Shown here piece after piece: positions 24,355 to 35,900 of a stretch of 64,000 bases of DNA. The stretch spans positions 62,001 to 126,000 of the forward strand of contig MU008158.1 in NCBI GenBank assembly GCA_010909165.1. Reading direction: 5' to 3'. Positions within the stretch are counted from its first letter, which is position 1, and each line of letters begins with the position of its first letter. The notes below the pieces were generated by a model. The model ran no database searches. It saw only the letters and a list, made by a program, of their open reading frames with translations, and was not told where the DNA came from. Made by a program: the position numbers and the translations under genes. Origin of the DNA: Anthoceros angustus (lineage: Eukaryota > Plantae > Anthocerotophyta).

Positions 24355-27300
24355 AACGATCTGGACTCAAACCCCTATTGGGATGTGCCTTGAAGTGTTT
24401 TTTGTTTTTTTTGGTCAAGTGTGGTGAAAATAAGTCGTTGATGAGGCAAGGGTATTTATAAAAGAAACGCCCTTGGCCTATGGTTTTCTTTCCTTGTTTT
24501 TATTTCTTAGGTTAGATAATAAGGGGTCCGGAACTCGATGTTCCTTGGCCCATGGACTTGGGATGTCCACTAAAAGGTCTATATATGTGAGGTAGGGGTT
24601 GGTATAATTAGGGAGTGATAGGTCTATAGGCTTGGAGTCAACCGATTGAGCTGAATGAGTGTGGGGTTGTGGATTGGGGTGTGGAGCGAGCGGTCGCAGA
24701 GGTCGAACAGGGGTAGGGGAACCCGGGGAACTTAACCCTGTGGAGTAAATCTAAGTCCGCTCGGCGGAGCGGCTACTGGAGCGCGAAGTTGAGGAGTTGC
24801 ATCCGGGAGACACCGCGATCTGCAGGAGGGCGCCAGGCGCACCCACGAGGGGAAGGAGCTCCGAACCCCATCCGCGACATCGCGAGTCGCGATGCTAGAG
24901 GAGGAAGGCGCCACGGCGCTTGGCCGAGGAGGTAGGAACTCGAGACCGACTCTGAAATTCGCGAATCACCGACGTGAGGCAAGACCGGGAGACTACTGTG
25001 GAGGGATGGCGCCAAGGTAATGAGATTGTGCTTGCCCAATGGCCAAACATGGATCATTGGAAAGTTCGAAATGGGAATTGGTGAAGGAGTCAAGCTTTCA
25101 TGGAAGAACGGTGGAATTACATGAACTTGGGACGGGTGAGTGTGCGCCACCAAGAAGGACAAACAAGGGGGGAATTAGAGCGAAGCCGCAGGATTGGGAC
25201 TGGAATTGGTTAGAGGGTGTATGGGCGCAGAAGGAGGAGGCGGTTTGGTGATGGAGCTGCCCCGAAAAGGAGAAGCAAGAGCAGTACCGCCCCCGGTTAA
25301 GGCGGGCGAGAGGTAGGAACTCGAGACCGACTCGCTGTAAGTAACCGCACACCGAGGCGCAAGACCGGGAGACTACTGTGGAGGGATGGCGCCCAAGGTC
25401 GCAGCTGAGATTGTGCTTGCTCCATGGCCAAACATGGATCATTGGAAAGTTCGAGCTGGGGAATTGGTGAAGGAGCTGAAGCTTGGCTTCATGGAAGAAC
25501 GGTGGAATTACATGAACTTGGGACTGGTGCAGGAGTGTGCGCGCCACCTGAAGGACAAACAGCCGGGCGGGGGAATTAGAGCGAAGCCGCAGGATTGGGA
25601 CCTGGAATTGGTTAGGAGGGTGTATGGGCGCAGTAAGGAGGAGGCAGGCGGTTTGGTGATGGAGCCGTCCCGGAAAAGGAGCACAGCAGCAGCAGCAGCC
25701 GCCCTGGTTAAGGCGGGCGTAATTCGGGAACCCAACGTCGACGGGATTTGGCAATTAGCTTGATGGGTCCGCCGATGGTCTATGTTTCGCAGACAAGAAG
25801 TGATTATTTGTCCGACCACTTGCCGCTCTCCATGAAGTGGTCAAGGGGCGAAAATCGACAGACTCTCGGTTGTGTGAAGAGAGGTTGAACTGATTTCTCC
25901 TACCCTCGGCCCTCTCTAATTTCACCATTTGGTCCATCTTTATGTGCATGCTAACCGCCCGCCAGAGGTGGAATTGTGGCCTCCTCCACATGTGGAAGCC
26001 GCTTAGGAGGTGAAATGGAAGGCGGAGGAGCCCAAGGAGGAAATCGAGGAAAACCTGATAGGGAGTCCGTATGACAGCCTGAGGAAGAGAAGGAAATTTC
26101 TACCAAAGAAAAGAGGAAGACCGGGTGGAAGACGGCCTCAAATAAAAAGGTGAAGGCGACGCTGGCACCAGTGTGTCAAAAACGGCCAAGGCCATGAAAA
26201 TGAAGGCCAAACGCAGATTGAGGTGGCGTAAGAGGAGGCGCGATCCGAGGAGGACAATTTTGCCGACTGGATGCAGATGATGAATCAACCCGAGGGTTTA
26301 GGGCCGACTCGTGGCGGACCCTCCTCAAAGATGGGAAGAGATTTTCAAGGGACTCCACCGGCAATGAGGTGGATGCAACCGAATTGGTGAGGGTGCGCAC
26401 CTTGCCGGGAGGAAAGTTCTCGATGAGGGATGGCGTCGGCGGGGCCGCCACAAGTGGATTTGCAGGAGCCGACCACATCGATGATCCGCCCGGATTTGTT
26501 GGATCAAGCTTTTAGCCTCACCGCCTGGGCAAGGGGCGACGGAGGCGCAGACCGGGAGACTCTTGTGGAGGGATGGCGCCCAAGGTCGCACTGAGATTGT
26601 GCTTGCCCAATGGCCAAACATGGATCATTGGAAAGTTCGATTGGGAATTGGTGAAGGAGTCAAGCTTGGCTTCATGGAAGAACGGTGGAATTACATGAAC
26701 TTGGGACGGTAGGAGTGTGCGCCACCAAGGACAAACAACAAGGGGAATTAGAGCGAAGCCGCAGGATTGGGACCGGAATTGGTTAGAGGGTGTATGGGCA
26801 GAAGGAGGAGGAGGCGGTTTGGTGATGGAGTAGTCGAAAAGGAGCACAAAAGAAGAAGCAGCCGCCTGGTTAAGGCGCCGAACCCAAATCTACGTCGACG
26901 CGGGATTTGGCAATGAGCTTGATGGGTCCAGATGGTTTCTCCTATGTTTCGCAGACAAGAAGCAGATTATTTGTCGACCACTTGCTTGCCTCCATGAAGT
27001 GGTCAAGGGGCGAAAATCGATTGGGACGAATTCTCTCGACAAGTTGTGTGAAGAGAGGTTGAACTGATTTCTCCTACCCTCGGCCCTCTCTAATTTCACC
27101 ATTTTTGGTCCATCTTTATGTGCATGCTAACCGCCCGGAGGTGGAATTGTGGCCTCCTCACATGTGGAAGCCTTAGGGAGGTGAAATGGAAGGCGGAGGA
27201 GCCCAAGGAGGAAATCGAGGAAAAATCGGATAGGCGGGAGTCGGTGGCGGCAGGCGGATTCGGAGGAAGGAAATTTCTACCAAAGAAAAGAGGAAGACCG

Positions 27301-29713
27301 GGGTGAAGGCGGGCCTCGTGAAAAGGTGAAGGCGGATGCGCGTCACGGGTCAGCAGGCGCGCTGAAAATGAAGGCCAAGCGGAGGTGGCGTAAGAGGAGG
27401 CGCGATCCGAGGAGGACAATTTTCTTGACACGGATGCAGATGATGAATCAACCCCGAGGGTTTAGGGCGACCTGGACCCTCCTCAAAGATGGGAAGAGAT
27501 TTTCAAGGGGACTCCACTGGCAACAGAGGTGGATGCAACCGAATTGGTGAGGGTGCGCACCTTGCTGGGAAGGAAAGTTCTCGACAGAGGGATGGCGTCT
27601 GGCGCGGGGCCGCCACAACAGGTGGATTTGCAGGAGCTGACCACATCGATGATCCGGGCCCAAGCGGATTTGTTGGATCAAGCGGCTTTAGCTCTCACCT
27701 GGCTCAGTGTGCAAGGGCGACGGGAGGAAGTGGTGAAGGCCAGGTTTGACGAAGAGGAGGCCAAGCGCAAGCAACTGGAGGAAGACAAGCCCCCTAGAGG
27801 AAATAAGGGCCAAGATTCAAGAAGATTTGTGCAGGCCTGTGAGAAGTTGCAAGCCATGACGAGCCACAGGAAGCGCCATGGCTCAAATTAAGGATGCCCA
27901 CGAGACGAACCAGAGATGCGTGGGGAGTTGTTGCGAGCCCAGAGCGTGGAGGCGCCCGGAAGGCCCATAAGTCGCGAGGATAAACGGAGCGGATGAGGCA
28001 CGTGGTCGAGCCGTAAAGGACAAAGGGAAGGGAAGCGAGGTAGCAGACCACGTGGTAGTGGAAGGAACTAACGAAGGAAGCAAAGAACCGAGGTAGCCAA
28101 ACACCTACCGTGGTTGTCGAACAGCGACGGTCAGGAGTCCACATCAGAGGAAGCCGCCACCGACATTGGCGCGCCAACTCGGCATGAGCGGAGCAACAGG
28201 ACGCGACGCGGCACCCCGCAAGGACATGGACCAGGCAACTAGGTGTAGCCTACGGGAGGAGGGGGTAAGCACCTCAGCTACAGCAGGAGGTCCCATTATG
28301 TTGCGGCACATGGATGAGGAAACTTATGTTCCTGGTCTATATGTGAATGGGGAACGCGTGCTTAACTTCACTGTCCATGTGCGTGTGGAAATAGGAGGGA
28401 CTGTGGCCTACCCATCGCAAGTGAGGACTCAAGTGCATACTTCTACCATTGCGCCCGAGTGTGGGGTTGGCCCCTATTATGCGGAGGCGACTTTGGAGGA
28501 GTTAAGGAGGAGGAGGTCCAGCTTGGGTGGACGAGGAACCGTAATAATCCTCAAGGGCGGCAAGCGGAAGACGCGAAGCTCAGGTGGTACACCTCAAATT
28601 AGGACGCCCAAAGCAGATGAGTGAGGTGGAAGTATTGTGAAAACCTCGCTGACAGCGGCAGAGAGCTCGTGGCGGCGCATGGAGGACGGCGGCCAAGTCG
28701 AGGGAGGGCGCAGCGTGAGTGGATAGGTGATAGCATCCTAAGGATAGATTTGGTTAGGATGTCGCTAGACCTAGGAACGCCCGACCAGGGCGCCCCTTCG
28801 ATAGCCATCTTAGGACCTAAAATCCGGGCATGGCGCCCACCGGTATAAGAGGGGCGGATTATGCCTCACAGATAATTTCGTTGAGATCCCCACGCCCGTG
28901 GCTGGTTGGAGACGTCCAATTAACGGAGGCGTAGACGCCCTAGGAATGGTCGAGAGCTTGCTGCTACCGGAGGAGGAAGGCGATGGGCGCCTTGGCCGAA
29001 AGGGAAGGAACCAAGGGATTGGCGCGGGTCCGAGCTTGCTCGTAACGCCGGACGCTGGCTCTTCTCCCTTCGCTTTCCTCGCCGTTGTGTTCTGAATTGA
29101 GGGTCTGTGTGGAGTGAGTGGATGCCTCAAGGGCTAATAGAGAGAGGGAGTGAGAGAGAGGGAGGAGAGGTTAGCATCAGATGCTGCGAGGTGCTGAATC
29201 GTGAGTGGGAAGGAAGAGAAAAATGCATGGAGAGGTCATGGTCGAAATTGTTGTGTAAGGATCGCGAATTGAGCCGGTGCGGTCTGAAGGAAGTGCGCAC
29301 GGGGAACGTTGTTTCCTGGAGGAAATAAGGTGGTGTGGCGCCCTGGTGTGTGTGTGCATGTGTGTGGATTGAAGGTAGAGGCCTAGGAATCCCCACGAAT
29401 CGGGCATAGTGTCCGGGGTAGAATATCACCGGACTACGGTGGAGACAACCTGCATCCGCGCCAATCCCGCTAGGGTTTGGTGGGACCCACTCGTCGCCCA
29501 CTACCGGTAGTGGTGCGACTACCGGTGGTAGAACGGGAGACAGGTTGGGGAGTTAGATCCGTGGTAGTTGGACAAGACGGAGGTAGTAGTAGTTGAGTAG
29601 ATAGGAGTGATAGCAAAGACCGACTTAGCTAGGCAAAGGTCGGTAGTGATAGAAGATAGCGTCTCTTGGCACAAAACATTCCCTTGGGAGCGAATCCCAG
29701 GACTACAACGACA
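24355..29713 (+). mobile_element. Element E4: pol-less single-ORF unit, LTR-like 3' region ~28700-29713
   Basis: Ends CTTGGGAGCGAATCCCAGGACTACAACGACA, homologous to the E2 and E1 ends. Starts AACGATCTGGACTC..CCCC..poly-T like E1/E2. Junction repeat ATCAG (24350-24354) / ATGAG (29714-29718), one mismatch. GTATAAGAGGGG at 28843-28854. Left boundary is less certain. Confidence 0.6.
25386..28624 (+). pseudogene. E4 protein (paralogue of the E3 ORF), frameshifted and internally duplicated (24925-25310, 25310-26530, 26540-27710)
   Basis: WNYMNLGLVQECARHL...RAKPQDWDLELVRRVYGRSKEEAGGLVM aligns with E3 WAYTNLELIEECFINL...RTDPRCWTVRSIRQVYGRPEEESSGIAL. KIDW (~27015) and LVHLY (~27105) follow. Confidence 0.7.
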
Positions 29714-31687
29714 ATGAGGGTGAATGTGGACCTCACCGTGTCTCAGGACACGAGATTCCACCCCACAGCGACCTTGTGGATCAACGGCGCGCGGAGAAAG
29801 TCCTGGAAGGGAAGTTATCGCAGACCGAGGAGAGAGCCATTCGGGCAACAACCCAACGGGATTCGTGGAGGCAAAAGGCAGAAGAGCATTTTGCCCACCT
29901 CGAGCAGGAGAGGAAGAGCAAGGCTGAGGCTCTAGGAAGAGAGAAGCAAGCGACTCAGCAAGTGAACGCACAAGAGCAGGTGATGGCTACCCAAGCCATC
30001 AAAATCCGGGATATGACGGAAGAATTGACACGGGTGATACCGAGGAGAAGCGCTCGGAGCTGGAGGCTCAAGACCTACGACTACAAGAGTTGGAGCGCGA
30101 AAAGGATGCTTGGCAGGAGGAGAAGGAAAGGCTTGCCAAGCAAATGGCCGAGTTGGAACAAAAGAGGTTCCAAGAGGAGGAGCACCACAAGAAGGTGGTG
30201 CACAGGATGCTGGTAGTGAGGAAGCGAAGGTTTTGGGCAGATTATGCCCTTCAGGCGAAATTGGCCAGCCAGCTGAAGGAAGCAAGGGAGGAGAATGTAA
30301 CCCTCCATGTGAAGGTGGGAGAATTGACAACCGCGAGAGACGCCTACAAGGGTAGGTGTGAGGATGGAGAGTGGCCCACGGAGATTGATGATCTCCAAAT
30401 GCAATATCATAGTGTGGACTACGGACTTCCCTTGGGGGTTAAGAAATAAGTAGGGTTTTGTTTTTTTCGTAGGAGCGGAGGATAAAATAAGGCGGGAAAG
30501 GAGGAATAAGCATGGATAGCACTCCCATCTGCACTGGTATACTCCGGACTCGGAGTGGGCAACGCATTCCCGACCTACTATGGCGGTGCACCGGACTACG
30601 CCTGGTGGATAAGTCACCCACTCGAGTCCAAGCGTGATAAGTACGCCAGTGAAAGTAACTTAGAAGTTGAGCCGTGAGGATGACTAGGCGGCGCCACGTG
30701 GACGGCCCCGAGTGGAGGTCGGGGCGTACCGCCAGACCGAGTTTGCTGGGGCCGCAGGCAGTATTCACGCCCGCGGACGCGGGCGGCGGCGCCGTAGTAC
30801 GCGGCGTGGCCGTAGTAAGGAGGCGGGTCGGCCATGCACTCGCGCTACGGACAAGGAAGGCGCCTTCCAGCCAGTAGTTACTCCCAAAGGCGGCGTCAAG
30901 GGGAAGGTCATTACCGCGGCAGCCTCGAGACAATTCTCGCAGCTCTTGCGCCCGCAACTGCCTCTCGCTATCTCTTTGAGCGCCAAGCACCTTCGAGCGT
31001 GGTTCATCCTGGGTTGGAGCATAACGCGAGGAGGGCGCATCGCGCAACCCGGCCAGCCACTGAACAAGGGAGCAAGGCGATGGCACCCAAAAGCTGGCGA
31101 GTTTGGGAGCCATGGAACCTCGTGAGAGCAACATTGTGACCCGCGCTATCCGGACTTTGGGCCCCGGCCGGGAGGAAGCGGAGAATTAGGAGGAGTGGCA
31201 CTCGGATGTGTTCCGACGGTCCGGACGCTCGATGCCACTCCGTCCGGAGTTCGCCGGAAGATGCTGGCGGCGGTCAACAAGGAGGTTCGTCCAAGAACCT
31301 CGGAGGACCCGAGGCGATGACCTTGAGGTCCCGAGGCGCCTACAACCGCCCAAAGGAGGAAGAAGGGGTGTGGTGCCGAGCCCCTCAAGGCGAAGGGGAA
31401 GATAGGCCGCAGCATGGCGAGGCTCGAACGCAGAGGACCACCAACGGCCGGTTGATATCCGACCCGCCGAAATGGTAAGGGCGGTAGCCCGGATCATTGT
31501 CCATTGCCTCGCCACCAAGGTGGATCACCTTGGTGATAACTGTTGGTATTCTCGCATGCGCTAGCCGGGGAAGAGGGTGGATCGAAGGATTATTCGCCTC
31601 TCAGAGGCCCAGAAGCTCGGGAGCGAAGCCCTCGCCATTGGGCTGTCCCACATACCGATCCATGTATGGGGACATTTCGAGCTCAAG

Positions 31688-31915
31688 TAAAGGAATACAT
31701 GTGCTAGTTATTGATTAGGGTTTGGGTTATTTAGTCAAGTTAAGCTCTTAGCATTATATATGTCTTTTCATTAGGGTTACGCTGCTTTGGATAAGACACG
31801 TTGATTCATAAGTCTCTTTAGTTGTCTTTTCATATAACACATAAGTTTTATGTATGTTCTTACACAATGTAATTATTATATGTTTAATTGATCAGATTCC
31901 GCCTAAATTACGTTA
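31688..31915 (+). repeat. 5' LTR of Copia-3
   Basis: Direct repeat of 41178-41405, followed immediately by the PBS. Confidence 0.93.
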
Positions 31916-32999
31916 TGGTATCGAGCATTAGATGCGATCGCATTCTAGTGAATGCACATTGTAAAATGCATTGAAAAAGATGCATTTGCATATAGTTTCG
32001 TTGTTTTGATTTAGAAAATGCTTTCTTGATCAAGAAAATAGAACATAAAGAAAGTGCTTTGTGTTGCTTTATTTCTATAGATGCTCTTATAATTTCTAGG
32101 ATTAGAGTAATCCTAGCGCATCTCCTCCGATTTGCTACCTAGCAAAATCGATGAAGTACCTAGGACAACCACCGATCCTGCAGTAGATTATTAGAGGCAT
32201 ATCTATAAAATCAAAAATGTTGAAACAGACTTTCTAGCAACACAAAAATTTGGCCCTATGAATGGCCAATCGAGTGGATTGCCCTCGCTTCGCCGAGCGG
32301 ATTCTCGCCACTGCTGGGAGGTCAAGGTCGGTGATGGCACCTTTGAACTTCGTGGCGAGCAACCATCGACACGCTGCGCATCGGCACGAATACAAAACGG
32401 GCCTGTTGACGCAGTGGAAATAAGAGATTCCTTCACCAACTTGATTGGATCCCTCTTCCCGCATCAGCCAAGGTGCCCTACCACAAAGAAATTACAATCG
32501 AGAGGTTTTCTAACAACACATGCTTCCCATACATCTAGTGTTGATCACTAATAAAAGGATTGAGGACATAGACAACACGCCGTCGATAGACGCTTCGATA
32601 GCATCTCGAGGCTAATTGCGGATCGTGATGCATGATCTGAGAAAAGATAGAACATGTGGATTTCAAATTACTAACCTTGTTGAAGCCTACCTGCTTGCTA
32701 ATCGCAAATAGGGGTAGTAAGCACGCTAAGAAAACAAGTAGAACCACACATTCTGGGGCCCAAACTGCGCCCCTCTGCAACATATACGCTACAATAGGTG
32801 GCAAATTAGAGACCAAAATTGGAAACATTGCACAGAGGAATGGATGCACTCAGAAGACAGGTTGCCCAACTTTGTTGCTAACATCCTCGACTTTGTTCGC
32901 ATGAGGTATGTCCAGGTCCTAGAAAACAAACCAACAAAGGTCAATCATCTTAGTATCTTAGTGTTCTAGGAGTAGCTAACCTAGAACACAAAGAGGAAG

Positions 33000-35900
33000 A
33001 TGGTGATCCCTCATCCGACCATGGTGGGGAAGGGTTTAAGGAAAAGGATAGGTTTGGGTCGTGATTACGATATTTGGGTAATCCGATGAGAGGAGCTTTG
33101 CGAATAGAAAACTCGAAGCTTGCTAACGGGATGATGAATTCGGCTACCACCTCTACACCCTCACCTTCTGAAAAGAAAAAACAGGACGAATGAGAAGCTA
33201 AGGATGAAGTCGCATGTTCCTTATCCGGAGTGGTCTGACCTCAGACATGTTGAGGCAGACATCCGGATGTAAGACTTCAGCAACTGGACGAAGACTGGGA
33301 TCAGCAAAGAACACAACTAGTCGGATGACATTTTGCAATTGAAAAATTGTAGGATGAAGGATGGAGATTCTCAGAGAAACACCTTACTTTTTCGTAACAC
33401 TTGTTCCGGATCGAGAGTGCTTCTAGTGATGCCGTAAGGATGATATGCTGACTTTGTACTTTCTACTATCCTTTCCCGATTCCTGGTCACACTTTGTGAC
33501 GTCGTATAATGCCTCTCGACAGGACTTCAAAGCTATGGCTTCAAATGTTACACTTCCAGAAACCACCTTCGCAGAGTTAGTGGGAGCATTGCTTCAAGAA
33601 GAAGCTACTAGAGGTCCTGATAGACGCTCTGGAAAACAGCAAGCCCTTTACACATCCAACAGAGGACGTGGAGGAGGAAAACCCTACAACAGAGGTGGGG
33701 GCAGTACATCTAGGGGTGGTGGCTCACAAGGACAAGGAGCCAACCATAAGAAACCCAAAAGGACAGAAATCAGTGTAAGTTACCCGTCATTGGGAACGTG
33801 AGTGTAGAAAGAAGCAAGCTGTGCCTCATGAGGAGGGTTCATCTAGTCGAAACTCACTTGGTTGTGAAGAAACAACCTACCCCTTCAGCCCTCACAGTAG
33901 GTACAAGAGTGTTTGCAAGTTCATACTTGTTTCCATCATGCCTCACAAAATTAGAGGTTAGGCCTGCAGGCGGTATCTAGACACGGTGCTCTCCCATATT
34001 TGCTTTGACAGAGGCTCTTTTCATTCATACCTCGATCAAGGATCGGTATGTTTACAGGCGATGATGTGATCCTTAGTGTCTCCTGGTCGTGGCACAATAG
34101 ATTTATCAGCTCCATCAGGTGTTGTATTAACCCTACATGACGTCTATCACATGCCGACATGACTAAATTTGATTTTTCAATGAAAGTTGAATGTCGACAA
34201 CAAGCTACATGCTATTCACAAGACGAATGTCAAGTGCTGGGCGCATTTGATCATAGGAAGATCCTTGCCTATGGTTGATGATCATGACTTGTTTCGTCTT
34301 CACATAAACAGTGGTGTTCCAGTTTCTCATTTGACGAGAGACATCACTACTGCATCTGCACAACAAGTGAGCAAGTCTAAGTTGTGGCACGCAAGACTAG
34401 GTCACCCTCACACAGCAAAACTTCAAAGGTTGGTGACTTTACCAAGACGGACCAATTGGCACCTTGCCGCTCCACTTTGTGAGTCTTGTGTTCTTTCCAA
34501 GAGACATCAGTCGCTTTTAAGAACAAGGCACCTCACAGGGCTTGGAGGTTTTAGAACTTGTCCATACAGATTTGTGTGGACCACTCTAGTCGATAGGTGG
34601 TGGAGATACTTCGACTTTTAGATGACAAAACCAGTTTGTCACCACCTACATTCAAACAGAAGAATGCTTTGGTCACTTTAGGATTACCTCAAGTATATCT
34701 TTGAAGGTGGACAGAGCACTTAAAACCTTGAGATCAGACAATGGGGGAGAGTTTACCTCGAATGAATTTCAGGCTTTCTGTGTAGCTGAAGGAATTGGTC
34801 ACCAGCTAACAGTGGTATACACTCCCCAACAGAATGGAGTCGCTGAGCGTCTTAATCTAACTCTGCAGGAGATGACATCTTCCTTGCTACATCATGCTCA
34901 GTTTCCCTTGCCATATTGGGCAGAAGCCATTATGACTTCAACCTATCTCAAGAACAGGTTGCCCACAACTTCAGTTGTTGGCCTAACCCCCTATGAGGCC
35001 TTCACAGGTCGCAAGCCACCAGTTCTACACTTGCAAACTTTTGGTTGCGTGGCTTATGCCTTCATACCTAAGGAGAAGAGGAAAAAGCTATCAGATAAGG
35101 CTAGAAAACTTCTCATGATAGGATACACAGAAGGAATTAAAGCCTATAAGTTGTATGATGTCCCTAAGAACAAGATTGTGTATGCCAGAAGTGTTACCTT
35201 TGATGAAAGTCGCACTTGGGCATCAGTGGGAGCTGTTGAGGATCCTGTCCTCAATGAAGATGAAGACACAACAGAGGTGGGGGCAGTACATCTAGGGGTG
35301 GTGGCTCACAAGGACAAGGAGCCAACCATAAGAAACCCAAAAGGACAGGAAACTGCAACTGGTGTAAGTTACCTGGTCACTGGGAACGTGAGTGTAGAAA
35401 GAAGCAAGCCGGTGTGCCTCGCAAGGAGGGTTCATCTAGTGCTGAAACTCACCTGGTTGTGAAGAAACAACCTACCCCTTCAGCCCTCACAGTAGGTACA
35501 AGAGTGTTTGCAAGTTCATACTTGTTTCCATCATGCCTCCAAAGAAATTAGAGGTTAGGCCTGCAGATCGGTATCTAGACACGGGTGCGCAGCCCATATT
35601 TGCTTTGACAGAGGCTCTTTTCATACATACTCGATCAAGGATATTACCGGGCGATGATGATCCTTAGTGTCTCGGTCGTGGCACAATAGATTTATCGGCC
35701 CATCGTTGTATTAACCCTACATGACGCTCTATCACGTGCCGACATGACTGAAATTTGATTTCAATGAAAGTTGAATGTCGACAACAACTGGCCACATGCT
35801 ATTCACAAGAATGTAATGTCGTGCTGACGGATCATAGGAAGATCCTTGCCTATGGTTCAACAGATCATGACTTGTTTCGCCTTCACATATAATAGTGGTG

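Noticed and set aside
28161-28180. CGACA-TTGGCGCGCCA, resembling an LTR end plus Tat-type PBS (also TGGCGCCCACCG at ~28831)
   Set aside because: No gag or pol follows and no matching LTR precedes; both lie within E4 coding or terminal sequence.
28622-29713. Alternative reading of E4 as a 1.09 kb solo LTR with TG..CA ends and perfect ATGAG TSD (a second ATGAG-TG candidate is at 24655-24661)
   Set aside because: Not excluded, but two competing 7-mer matches show chance is plausible. The 24355 boundary also explains the E1/E2-like leader, the extra paralogous ORF and the continuity of the E3 coiled coil.
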